34,227 nt of DNA, from NCBI GenBank assembly GCA_051002645.1, contig JBPCMC010000270.1, forward strand, positions 1 to 34,227, given 5' to 3'. How positions within the stretch are numbered: position 1 is the first letter of the stretch; every line of letters begins with the position of its first letter. The notes below the pieces were generated by a model. The model searched no databases. It had not been told where the DNA came from and worked only from the letters and a program-made list of their open reading frames with translations. This document shows, in pieces, positions 24,432 through 33,419 of this stretch. Position numbers and translations under genes: made by a program. This stretch comes from Thermomicrobiales bacterium (lineage in GTDB: Bacteria > Chloroflexota > Chloroflexia > Thermomicrobiales > JALYUS01).

Positions 24432-26282
24432 ATGCTCAATCAGCACAGCGTACGCTATCTGGTGCGACGCCTTCTGCGCCACGCTTGGGATACGCCGATC
24501 CTCGCTATCCCCGCCGTTCTGAGCATCATCTTCAGCATCGTCTTCTCCCTCGTCCAGCCGCTGCTCATCCGCTCGCTGATCAACAATGGCATCGCCGCCG
24601 GGGAGCGCCGCCGGTTGATTGAGGTCTCCATCGCCATCATGGTCGTCGCCATCCTCGCGGCCCTGACGACCTATATTCGCTCCGCGACGACGCAATGGAT
24701 CGGCGAGCGCGTCTCCTACGATATGCGCAACCGCCTCTTCCGGCACCTCGAATCGCTCTCCTTCACCTTCTACGACGCCTCGCAGACCGGCCAACTGCTC
24801 TCCCGCCTGACCGAGGACATCCGCAACATCCGGCGCTTCTACTCGCCGGCCTTCCGCGTCCTGCTTCAGACGACCGTGCTCGTCGTCGGCAGCTCGATCA
24901 TCATGTTCACGCTGAACTGGCGACTGGCGCTGCTCGCCCTGGCGATCGTGCCCTTCCTGCTCGTCGTCACGCTCGTCTTCGGCACCCGCGTGCGGCCGCG
25001 CTACCTGCGGGCGCAGCAGCAGTTCGGCCAGACGATGATCGTCCTGCAAGAGAATCTCGCCGGGATGCGGCTCGTCCGCGCCTTCGGGCGGGAGGAGTAC
25101 GAGACCGCGAAGTTCGCCACCTCCGGGATGACTTTTTTCAACCGGCAGATGGAGGCCGCGAAGCTCTCGGTGCTGGCGAACGCCAATATGCCGATGATTA
25201 CCGGCATCGGCACCGCCGTCGTTATCGCCGTCGGTGGCTTGCAGGTGATTCACGGGCAGATGCAAGTCGGCACGCTGCTCGCTTTCTATCTCTACCTCGG
25301 GCAACTGACCGACCCAATTCGGCAGGTCGGCTCGATCGTCAACAACGTTGCCCTCGCCCTCGCCAGTACGGAGCGCATCTACGAGGTGCTCGAACGCCGC
25401 CCGCGCATCGTCACCCCGCCGGACGCCTACCGCCCGACGGCGGTGCGCGGCCACGTCATGTTCGAGGATGTCCACTTCCGCTACGCGCGCGAGAGCCGCG
25501 AGGTGCTGCACGGCATCGACATCAATGCCCCGCCCGGCTCGGTCGTCGCCCTCGTCGGCGCGACGGGCAGCGGCAAGAGCAGCATCATCCAGTTGCTCGC
25601 CCGCTTCTACGACACAACGACGGGCACGGTGCGCATCGACGGCATCGACGTGCGGCAGTGGGATTTGCCGACGCTGCGCGAGAACGTCGGCTACGTGCTG
25701 CAGGAGACCTTCCTCTTCTCGGACTCGATCCGCGAGAACATCGCCTACGGGCGACCGGGCGCGACCTTCGAGGAGGTCGTCGCGGCGGCGAAGGCGGCCC
25801 AGGCGCACAACTTCATCTCCCGGCTGCCAGAGGGATATGACACCCCGCTCGGCGAGCGCGGCGTCAACCTCTCCGGCGGGCAGAAGCAGCGCCTCGCCAT
25901 CGCCCGCGCGATCCTCCTCAATCCGCGCGTCCTCGTCCTCGACGACGCGACGAGCAGCGTCGATATGGAGACGGAGTACGAAATCCAGCAGGCGCTCACC
26001 GTGCTGATGGACGGGCGGACGACCTTCATCATCGCCCAACGATTGAGCAGCGTGCGCACCGCCGATCAGATTTGCGTCTTGAGCGACGGTCGGATCATCG
26101 AGCGCGGCACGCACGCGGAGTTGCTGGCGCTCGGCGGCGTCTACCGGCAAATTTACGACGTGCAGACGCAGGGAACCTCACCCCCCGACCCCCTCTCCAT
26201 TGCGAGGGAGAGGGGGAGCCCGCCTGTTCTCCCCTCTCTCCGTGAGGGAGAGGGGTCGGGGGTGAGGGGAGGCGACGGATGA
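24432..26282 (+). CDS. Heterodimeric ABC exporter subunit (TMD+NBD, degenerate Walker B/H-switch)
   Basis: Six TM segments, GATGSGKS, LSGGQKQ, LVLDD, IAQR. GGGAGG RBS before ATG 24432. Confidence 0.93.
   Translation: MLNQHSVRYLVRRLLRHAWDTPILAIPAVLSIIFSIVFSLVQPLLIRSLINNGIAAGERRRLIEVSIAIMVVAILAALTTYIRSATTQWIGERVSYDMRNRLFRHLESLSFTFYDASQTGQLLSRLTEDIRNIRRFYSPAFRVLLQTTVLVVGSSIIMFTLNWRLALLALAIVPFLLVVTLVFGTRVRPRYLRAQQQFGQTMIVLQENLAGMRLVRAFGREEYETAKFATSGMTFFNRQMEAAKLSVLANANMPMITGIGTAVVIAVGGLQVIHGQMQVGTLLAFYLYLGQLTDPIRQVGSIVNNVALALASTERIYEVLERRPRIVTPPDAYRPTAVRGHVMFEDVHFRYARESREVLHGIDINAPPGSVVALVGATGSGKSSIIQLLARFYDTTTGTVRIDGIDVRQWDLPTLRENVGYVLQETFLFSDSIRENIAYGRPGATFEEVVAAAKAAQAHNFISRLPEGYDTPLGERGVNLSGGQKQRLAIARAILLNPRVLVLDDATSSVDMETEYEIQQALTVLMDGRTTFIIAQRLSSVRTADQICVLSDGRIIERGTHAELLALGGVYRQIYDVQTQGTSPPDPLSIARERGSPPVLPSLREGEGSGVRGGDG
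26176..26267. repeat. Family A inverted doublet inside the 3' end of the ABC transporter CDS
   Basis: cctcaccccccgaccccctctccattgcgagggagaggggg .. cccctctctccgtgagggagaggggtcgggggtgagg, upstream of the TGA at 26280-26282. Confidence 0.9.
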
Positions 26283-28162
26283 GCAAAGCGGCAACTGCAA
26301 CTGCGAACGGCGCGAGCGCGCCCGCCGCGACCGATACGACACCTCCGGCGCGCCCGTTCCTCTCGCTCGATGACCGCGAGAACGACCTCGGGCGCGGTCT
26401 CAACCGCGAGAGCGCCGGTCGCCTGCTCGCCTTCCTCCGGCCGTATCGCGCGCAATGCGCCATCTCGCTGGTCGCGATCACTATTCAGACGCTCGGCGAA
26501 CTCGCCCTGCCGCGACTGCTCGGCATCGCCATTGACAGCGGCATCGCGCGGAACAGCGTCCACACGCTCTTCGTCGCCGTCGGCATCTTCCTCTGCTGCG
26601 TGCTCGTCGTCTTCGGCGCGCGCTGGTTGCAGGGGTACACGACGACGCGTATCGGCAACCGTGTCATCTTCGATCTGCGTTATGCGCTCTTCAAGCACAT
26701 TCAGATTCTCGGCTTCACGACCTTCGACCGGATGGGCGTCGGGCGGCTGATCTCGCGCGTCCAGAACGATGTCTCGGTCTTGCAGGACCTTCTGACGGAC
26801 GGCATCATCGGCCTCTTCGCCGATTTACTCGTGCTGGCGGGTATCGTCATCGCCATGCTGACGATCAACCTCGAACTCGCCCTGCTCTCCTACGTCGTGC
26901 TGCCGATCATGATCGCCGTCGTGATGATCTGGCGGCGGTTCGCGATCAAGGTCTATCGCGCCGTCCGCGCCGCGACCAGCCGCCTAACCGGCTTCTCCGC
27001 CGAGAACATCAGCGGCATGAGGATCATCCAGTCCTTCCGCCGCGAGCAGGAGAACTTCTCACGCTTCGAGCGGCTCAATCGCAATGTCTATGAGGTCACG
27101 ACGCACTCCATCCGCCTCAACTCCGTGCTCGGCTCCGCCGTCGAACTGATCAGCGGCATGGCGACGGTGATCGTCCTGATCGTCGGCGGAAACGCGGTCA
27201 TCCAGGGCACCCTGACCATCGGCGCGCTGACCGCCTTCATCGGCTATGTCACCCGTTTCTTCCAGCCCGTCCGCACCCTCTCCGACCGCTACAACACGCT
27301 GCAAGCGGCGACCGTCGCCGCCGAGCGCGTCTTCGAATTGCTCGACGAGCCGCCGGACATCGTCGACGCGCCGGACGCGATCGCGCTGCCGCGCATCGAC
27401 GGGCAGATCACTTTCGACAATGTCACCTTCGGCTACGGCACGACGCCAGTGCTGCGCAATATCGACCTCGTCATCCCGCCCGGCGCGACCGTCGCCTTCG
27501 TCGGGCCGACCGGCGCGGGCAAGTCGAGCACGATCAACCTCGTGCCGCGTTTCTACGATGTCTGGGATGGCCGCGTCTTGATCGACGGCTACGATGTGCG
27601 CGACGTGACGCTGACATCGCTACGCAGCCAGTTCGGTATCGTCTTGCAGGATACCTTCCTCTTCTCCGCGACGATTGCCGAGAACATCCGCTACGGCAAA
27701 CTGGGCGCGACGGACGCCGAGGTCGAGGCGGCGGCGCGGGCGGTCGGCGTGCATGACTTCATCGCGCAACTGCCGGACGGCTACGACTCGGAGGTCGGGG
27801 AGCGGGGCAGCGGCCTGAGCGTCGGGCAGCGGCAGTTGATCGCCTTCGCCCGCGTCGTCCTCGCCAACCCGCGCATCGTCGTCCTCGATGAGGCGACGAG
27901 CAGCGTGGACACGCAGACGGAGCAAATCATCCAGGAGGCGTTGCGCACCGTTCTGCACGGCCGGACCTCGCTGGTCATCGCGCACCGCCTCTCGACGATC
28001 GTCGAAGCGAATATGATCGTCGTCATCGACGGCGGGCGGATCGTCGAGCGCGGCAACCATGCCGAATTGATGGCGCTGCAGGGGCAGTATCACCGCCTCT
28101 ACACCACCGCCCTCCGCCACACAAACGACGGCCTCGGCAGCATGGCGCTCCTCGAAACGTAA
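26279..28162 (+). CDS. Heterodimeric ABC exporter subunit (TMD+NBD, consensus Walker B/H-switch)
   Basis: GPTGAGKS, LSVGQRQ, VVLDE, IAHR; ATGA overlap with its partner. Confidence 0.93.
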   Translation: MSKAATATANGASAPAATDTTPPARPFLSLDDRENDLGRGLNRESAGRLLAFLRPYRAQCAISLVAITIQTLGELALPRLLGIAIDSGIARNSVHTLFVAVGIFLCCVLVVFGARWLQGYTTTRIGNRVIFDLRYALFKHIQILGFTTFDRMGVGRLISRVQNDVSVLQDLLTDGIIGLFADLLVLAGIVIAMLTINLELALLSYVVLPIMIAVVMIWRRFAIKVYRAVRAATSRLTGFSAENISGMRIIQSFRREQENFSRFERLNRNVYEVTTHSIRLNSVLGSAVELISGMATVIVLIVGGNAVIQGTLTIGALTAFIGYVTRFFQPVRTLSDRYNTLQAATVAAERVFELLDEPPDIVDAPDAIALPRIDGQITFDNVTFGYGTTPVLRNIDLVIPPGATVAFVGPTGAGKSSTINLVPRFYDVWDGRVLIDGYDVRDVTLTSLRSQFGIVLQDTFLFSATIAENIRYGKLGATDAEVEAAARAVGVHDFIAQLPDGYDSEVGERGSGLSVGQRQLIAFARVVLANPRIVVLDEATSSVDTQTEQIIQEALRTVLHGRTSLVIAHRLSTIVEANMIVVIDGGRIVERGNHAELMALQGQYHRLYTTALRHTNDGLGSMALLET

Positions 28163-28169
28163 GCGCGGG

Positions 28170-29288
28170 TCAGACCGACCTCGCCGGCATGCGCTCCCCC
28201 GCTCTGGCGGCGCGCATGGCGTATACCTCCGGCGGAATCGGCGTGAGTGCGGCCGATGCATAATTGACTTCATACCCTGGCAGTGCGGCGTCGTTGCGCC
28301 GCTGCTCATACTCGGCCAGCGCGTCGGCAAGCGGCACGTTGCCGGTGAACCCGGCGTCTATCGCCTCGGCGAGCGTTTCGGCGTCACGGAATGCGTCGCT
28401 GATACCCTGAGCCAGCATCGGGTCCTTCGTGTATCCCGCATCCCCGACGAGCGCCCAACCGGGGCCGTACGGCTTGCGGAAGAAGTTTGGCAGAGCCGCT
28501 GTGCCATACCAATGCTCCTCGCGTCGCCCGGCGCGCACGCGCTCGCTGAGCGCGGGGATACTGTCGAGCGCGCGCAGGAAATGCCCTTCGATGTCCGTGC
28601 GGAAGGTACGAAACCCGTCGATCGGTTCCTGGATGGCCACACAGATCAACCCGTTATTGGTCGGAAAATTGATGTGCGCGCGACCCGGTCGTCGATAGAT
28701 CTCGATCCTATCCATCGGCACGCCGCTGTAATAGCTGTAATAACTGAAGGTGAGCATCGGGCGCTCGTGATAGACCGGAGCCTGCACCGCCTGGGCGACG
28801 ATTGAGCGCGCGCCATCCGCGCCAACGACGATGCGTCCGTACTCCGCGACCGTTACGCCCCCATTCGCGCGCCCGCGGACGCCGACAACGCGGTCACCGT
28901 CCCAGATGATCTCCTGCACCGTGAAGTGCTCGCGCAGTTCCGCACCGGCGGCAACCGCTGCCTTGACGAGCAAAGTGTCGAGCACAAAACGGCGGGGGGC
29001 GTAGTGCGCGTCCGTACCTTCGAGCGGTTCGACCGATGTTGGCAGGAGATAATCGCCGAGGTCTGTGGAGATGACCCGAATCGGCGGTGCGTTCGATGCC
29101 GCGACCTGATCGAGCAGGCCCCACCGCTGCAACTGGCGAACACCCGGCAACTGGATGAAGTGATTGTTGATCGAGTCGCTGGGAAAGGCATGCCGGTCGA
29201 GGAGGAGGACGCGATATCCTTTCCGGGCGAGCAACAGCGCGGTCGGCGAGCCTGCGCACCGTGCGCCGACGATGATCGCGTCATACAT
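28170..29288 (-). CDS. NAD(P)/FAD-dependent oxidoreductase (geranylgeranyl reductase/aromatic hydroxylase-like)
   Basis: DAIIVGARCAG, VVGADG, WALVGDAG..DP..AQGISDA; AGGAGG RBS before ATG 29288. Confidence 0.87.
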   Translation of the reverse strand: MYDAIIVGARCAGSPTALLLARKGYRVLLLDRHAFPSDSINNHFIQLPGVRQLQRWGLLDQVAASNAPPIRVISTDLGDYLLPTSVEPLEGTDAHYAPRRFVLDTLLVKAAVAAGAELREHFTVQEIIWDGDRVVGVRGRANGGVTVAEYGRIVVGADGARSIVAQAVQAPVYHERPMLTFSYYSYYSGVPMDRIEIYRRPGRAHINFPTNNGLICVAIQEPIDGFRTFRTDIEGHFLRALDSIPALSERVRAGRREEHWYGTAALPNFFRKPYGPGWALVGDAGYTKDPMLAQGISDAFRDAETLAEAIDAGFTGNVPLADALAEYEQRRNDAALPGYEVNYASAALTPIPPEVYAMRAARAGERMPARSV

Positions 29289-29533
29289 ATCGTGCCTCCT
29301 CATGGATCAAGGCGCGCGAACGATTCGAATATTGATCGCGTCATTTTCCCGCGCGTCGCGATCATTGTCGATAACGAACACCATGCCTCCACGGTTCTTG
29401 CCGCGCCAGGCGGGGGCTCCTACTCAGGATGCGGGAATGTGACCCGGCACAATGGACGTTGCAGCAGTGCAGGCGTATACTTGGTGTACGCGAATCCGCG
29501 CATGGCAATCATGCGGAAGGAGAAACAACAACG

Positions 29534-29941
29534 ATGGTTACGGAAATCCAGGCGCCTGAGCTGACCGAGGTTGCGCCCATACTCTACTTCACCGATACCG
29601 CCCGCGAGAAACTGGTCGAACTGATCGGCGAGCAGCGCGCGGCGGGTAAGGAAGCACACCTGCGCATTATGGTGCAGGGCGGCGGCTGCGCGGGCGGCTC
29701 CTACGGGATGTTCGTCGATAATCAGGAGCGCCCCGGCGACAACGTCAGCGACGTGGCCGGTGTGAAGGTGCTGCTCGACGACGAGACGCTGGAGATGGTC
29801 TCGGGCTCCGAGGTCGATTATATGGACTCGCTCCTCGGTCGCGGCTTCACCGTCAAGAACCCGAATGCCGCCTCCACCTGCGGCTGCGGCCACTCGTTCC
29901 GCGTCCAGGGCAAGAAGGGCCAAGCCGAGCCCTGCCACTAG
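29534..29941 (+). CDS. A-type Fe-S cluster carrier (HesB/IscA/SufA family)
   Basis: GGGCAGGSY, GSEVDY, NPNAASTCGCGHSF. Confidence 0.93.
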   Translation: MVTEIQAPELTEVAPILYFTDTAREKLVELIGEQRAAGKEAHLRIMVQGGGCAGGSYGMFVDNQERPGDNVSDVAGVKVLLDDETLEMVSGSEVDYMDSLLGRGFTVKNPNAASTCGCGHSFRVQGKKGQAEPCH

Positions 29942-29952
29942 ACGAAGGATCA

Positions 29953-29991
29953 AGGACTGAGGACTGAGCGGGGCGCTCAGTCCTCTTCTTT
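29953..29991 (+). terminator. Intrinsic terminator built from AGGACTG heptamer repeats (family D)
   Basis: gaggactgagcg-ggg-cgctcagtcctc followed by ttcttt, between convergent genes. Confidence 0.7.
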
Positions 29992-30006
29992 ATGTCGTGA
30001 TGGCAA

Positions 30007-30417
30007 TTACTCGCGCGTGCGGAGGGCGGCGGGGCCGGTCCAGGCGAAGACATCCGCGATCTGGCGGGCTTTCCAATCCGAGAGGGGCGGCAGATCGTCC
30101 GGGCCGAACCAGCCGATCTCCGCAATCTCTTCCGGTTGCAGGGCGAGTGTGCCGCCGGTGACGACACCGGCGAAAATGAAGACAAGGATGCGGCGTGGCC
30201 GGTTGAAATAGACACCGATCAATCCGCGCGGCTCGACCGTCAGGCCGATCTCCTCTTTTACCTCGCGGATGGCGGTCTCTTCCGGGGATTCGCCCGCTTC
30301 CGCGCCGCCGCCGACGAAGTCCCACACCCGGTCGCCGTATGCTTGATGGACGAGTAGCAGTCGCCCTTCCGTATTTCGGAGGGCGAAGCCGCCGGCCATC
30401 CGATACGGTACGCTCAT
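30007..30417 (-). CDS. Nudix hydrolase
   Basis: Canonical box GGAEAGESPEETAIREVKEEIGL; ATGA overlap with the PfkB gene. Confidence 0.88.
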   Translation of the reverse strand: MSVPYRMAGGFALRNTEGRLLLVHQAYGDRVWDFVGGGAEAGESPEETAIREVKEEIGLTVEPRGLIGVYFNRPRRILVFIFAGVVTGGTLALQPEEIAEIGWFGPDDLPPLSDWKARQIADVFAWTGPAALRTRE

Positions 30418-31289
30418 CGCGGCTCTCGATCCGCATCCGTGGCGAGCAGCGCGGCAATCGCCGCTGTCGTCGGGATACCGTGCGGGCCAGGGGCGGTAAT
30501 GCTCAATGAGGCGGCCGCGCAGGCGACCCGCGCCGCTTCCTCGGTCCTCGCACCGCGCGCCAGTTGGACGGCCCACGCCGCCGCGAAGACATCGCCCGCG
30601 CCGGTCTCATCCCGCATCGCCACATCGAAGGTCGGCACATGGGTCGTCATGCCTCCGCGCAGAATATCCACGCCGCGCGGACCATCGGTGATCGCGCCGA
30701 GGCCGTCCACCGCCACGCGGAGGACAGCGGACTCCGCGACATCGCGCTCCTCGACGGAGATGACCATCGCGCCGAGACGATCCAACAGGGCATCCGGCAA
30801 TCGGAGCGGCTCGTGTCGGACGGGCGAAGGGAGTACACCCCACCGACGCAACCAGCCCTGCGGGGTGGCGATGGTCAATGCCGCCTCGGTTATACCGAGC
30901 GCCTCCGCCCAGGCATCCGGCGGCAGTTCGTCGGCAATCGTGCCGAGGTGGAGGATCGTCGCCCGCCGCCACGCCACCGGCAGGGCGTCCGGCAGGATCG
31001 GCCCGGCCCAGCCATGCAGTGTCTGCCGCCGTCCCTGCGGCGTCGGGATATTCTCGAAGATGGTTGTCTCCGGCGTCGGCAGGATATGGATCGCAAACGC
31101 ATCCCGATACGGCGCCAGCGCCGGAGCGAGCGCCGCCGGATCGCCCGCCGTCAGCATCGCCGCGCGCATCCCCATCCGTGCCGCAGTCAGTGCGCCATAG
31201 AGGACCGTGCCGCCCGGCAGGTACGATCCATCCGGCTGCACGTCCAGCGCGCAATGCCCAACCACGACGTACTCAGGGAAAGGGATCAT
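30414..31289 (-). CDS. PfkB/ribokinase family carbohydrate kinase
   Basis: PGGTVLY, TPQGWLR, DETGAGDVF anion-hole motif. Confidence 0.88.
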   Translation of the reverse strand: MIPFPEYVVVGHCALDVQPDGSYLPGGTVLYGALTAARMGMRAAMLTAGDPAALAPALAPYRDAFAIHILPTPETTIFENIPTPQGRRQTLHGWAGPILPDALPVAWRRATILHLGTIADELPPDAWAEALGITEAALTIATPQGWLRRWGVLPSPVRHEPLRLPDALLDRLGAMVISVEERDVAESAVLRVAVDGLGAITDGPRGVDILRGGMTTHVPTFDVAMRDETGAGDVFAAAWAVQLARGARTEEAARVACAAASLSITAPGPHGIPTTAAIAALLATDADREPR

Positions 31290-31303
31290 CGAGAAAACCT
31301 AAG

Positions 31304-31402
31304 AAACCGCAGAGACGCAGGGGACGCAGAGGCACGAAGAGAAAAGAGACCTGCGCGGATCGTCATATTCTCTCCTCTGTGCTCTCTGCGTCTCTGCGGT
31401 TT
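31304..31402. repeat. Family C inverted repeat
   Basis: aaaccgcagagacgcaggggacgcagagg / cctctgtgctctctgcgtctctgcggttt. Confidence 0.9.
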
Positions 31403-31416
31403 GATTTCGTCTTCGA

Positions 31417-32247
31417 TCAGCGGGGGTAGATGACGATCTTACGTTGCTCGCCCTCGCCCTGGCTCTCGGTGTAGACGGCGGGGTGGTCGCGCAGGGCGAG
31501 GTGGATGACGCGACGCTCGTTTGGTGGCATCGCCTCCAAGGGCAGCGGGCGACCGCTCTGCGCGACGCGCTCGGCCATCCGGTCGGCAAGGCCGAGCAAC
31601 GCTTCCTCCCGTCGGCGTTTGTAGCCGCCGACATCGACGACGACGCGGTTGAAGCCGCCGATACGCTTGTTGACGAGCAGGGTGATCAGGTATTGGAACT
31701 GCTGGAGCGTCTCGCCGCGCCGCCCGATCAGGACGCCGAGGTCGGGGCCGACGATGTCCACGCCGACGGTCGGCGGCTCGCCCTCCTCCGGCACGATCGG
31801 CGGATCGAGGGGATGGACGGCGGCCTGCAAGCCCATCAAATCGACGAGGTCCTCGGTGATCTCCTGCGCGACAGCGAGCAGGGCGGCGTGGTCTTCCACG
31901 TTGCCGATCTGCTCGTCCTCCTCGACTGGCTCGCGCTGATTGCCGTGGGGTGGTGCGTCCGCGCGCAGGTTGCCGGGCGGCGAAGCGTCCGGACGCACAT
32001 TGCCGGAGACCGCGCCCGCCGGGAGGGGGATGACGCGCACGAGGGCTTCGTCCACATCGTGAATCGTCGGGTCCTCAAGGACCTCAATCTCGACCTGGTT
32101 GTAATTAAGGTTCAGTTGTTGCAGGGCGAGGCGTACCGCCTCGTCCACCGAACTGGCGGCGATCTCGACGGCGCGCTGCGCCGACTGCCCGCCGCCCTCG
32201 CGACCGAGCGAGCGACCCCTGCGACCCATCGGCTCCCGTGGCTGCAT
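31417..32247 (-). CDS. jag: RNA-binding protein Jag/EloR (Jag_N, KH, R3H)
   Basis: SVDEAVRLAL (Jag_N), LIGRRGETLQQFQYL (KH), ERRVIHLAL..TESQGEGEQR (R3H). Confidence 0.94.
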   Translation of the reverse strand: MQPREPMGRRGRSLGREGGGQSAQRAVEIAASSVDEAVRLALQQLNLNYNQVEIEVLEDPTIHDVDEALVRVIPLPAGAVSGNVRPDASPPGNLRADAPPHGNQREPVEEDEQIGNVEDHAALLAVAQEITEDLVDLMGLQAAVHPLDPPIVPEEGEPPTVGVDIVGPDLGVLIGRRGETLQQFQYLITLLVNKRIGGFNRVVVDVGGYKRRREEALLGLADRMAERVAQSGRPLPLEAMPPNERRVIHLALRDHPAVYTESQGEGEQRKIVIYPR

Positions 32248-33417
32248 TTACTTTCTCCCTCCGCCGCCCGTTTGGCCACCCGTCGAATCGGGCGCGGGCC
32301 GGACCGATTTACTCCGCCGTGGGACCGGTGGCATCGCCTTCGCGGGGGTCTCCTGCGCGCCGATTGCCTTCGCGCTCGAGGGCGGCTGCCCGCCTCTCCG
32401 CCGCGCGGCTGCCCGGTTCGTCCCGTTGCTACCATTCGCGCCGTTCGTGGCATCGGACTTCGGCGCACGCTGCGGCGGCGTCGCCTGCCGGTTCCCACTG
32501 ATCGTTGGCGTCGATCCCTTCACCGGGCGACCATCCGGTCGTGGCGGCTGCTGCGCCTGCTTCGGTGCGCTCGTCGGCGGAGCGGCAGTGCCGTCGCCCG
32601 CAGACGCGCCCTGACGCTCCTGCTGCGCGGCCATCCCCTGCTGGAGGAACTGTTGCAGCCGCGACTGCTTGACCGGCGTGGTGATCGGCTTCAGTTCACG
32701 CACCTTCTCCACCTTCACCGGCAGAAAAGGGAAGATGTCGGAGAGCGATCCCCAGCCGGTGATGAAGTATTGCTGCACGGCGCTGAAGACCGCCTGCACC
32801 GCCCAATAGAGCACCATCGCAGAGAGGAAGTTCCAGCCGAAGACGAGCACGAGTGCGGTTGAGGCGGAGAGTAAGGTACTCTGCAACTTCGTCTGCTGGT
32901 CTTGCTGCGCGCGCTTGGCGGCGTTTGGCAATGACATGCGCGTCTGGATGACCTGGAAAATGAAGGCGAGGAAGACGAGGATGCGAAAATGGTCCGCCGC
33001 ACTCTCAAGTTTGGTCAGGTCGGAGACCCAGAGAAAACCCTTGTGCCCCGTCCAGTTCTGCGAGACCTGACGCATCGCCTGATAGACGACGAGGAAAACG
33101 GGCAACTGGATGAGGACGGGCAAACACCCGGCGAGCGGATTAATGCCGTACTGCTGGTAGACCTCCATCTGCTTCTGCGCGAAGGTCTGCTTATCGTCCT
33201 TGTACTTCTTCTGCAGGTCCTTGATGATCGGCGCGACATCCTGCATCGCCTTCGAGGACTTGATGGATTTGAAGGTGAGCGGCGCGAGCAACAGCTTGAT
33301 GAAGATCGTGAAAAGGATGATCGTCACGCCAAGGTTGCCGCCCGTGGCGTCACCGAGGAACTGGATAAATTGCGCGACGAGCTTGATCGCCGGGCCGATG
33401 ATCGGTAAGTGGGTCAC
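32248..33417 (-). CDS. yidC: Membrane protein insertase YidC/Oxa1
   Basis: GINPLAGCLPVLIQLP, FLWVSDL, VLYW..QQY; conserved synteny. Confidence 0.94.
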   Translation of the reverse strand: MTHLPIIGPAIKLVAQFIQFLGDATGGNLGVTIILFTIFIKLLLAPLTFKSIKSSKAMQDVAPIIKDLQKKYKDDKQTFAQKQMEVYQQYGINPLAGCLPVLIQLPVFLVVYQAMRQVSQNWTGHKGFLWVSDLTKLESAADHFRILVFLAFIFQVIQTRMSLPNAAKRAQQDQQTKLQSTLLSASTALVLVFGWNFLSAMVLYWAVQAVFSAVQQYFITGWGSLSDIFPFLPVKVEKVRELKPITTPVKQSRLQQFLQQGMAAQQERQGASAGDGTAAPPTSAPKQAQQPPRPDGRPVKGSTPTISGNRQATPPQRAPKSDATNGANGSNGTNRAAARRRGGQPPSSAKAIGAQETPAKAMPPVPRRSKSVRPAPDSTGGQTGGGGRK

Positions 33418-33419
33418 GG

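Noticed and set aside
24351-26150. 599-aa minus-strand ORF (likewise 2454-3782, 5918-7231, 13855-15288, 31444-32862)
   Set aside because: Antisense to clearly identified genes, with no independent coding signal.
24432-28162. Degenerate Walker B (DD) and H-switch (Q) as a sign of an inactive transporter
   Set aside because: Normal asymmetry of TM287/288-type heterodimeric exporters; the partner has the consensus DE and H.
29534-29941. Possible HesB-like selenoprotein
   Set aside because: All three conserved cysteines are normal TGC codons; there is no in-frame TGA.
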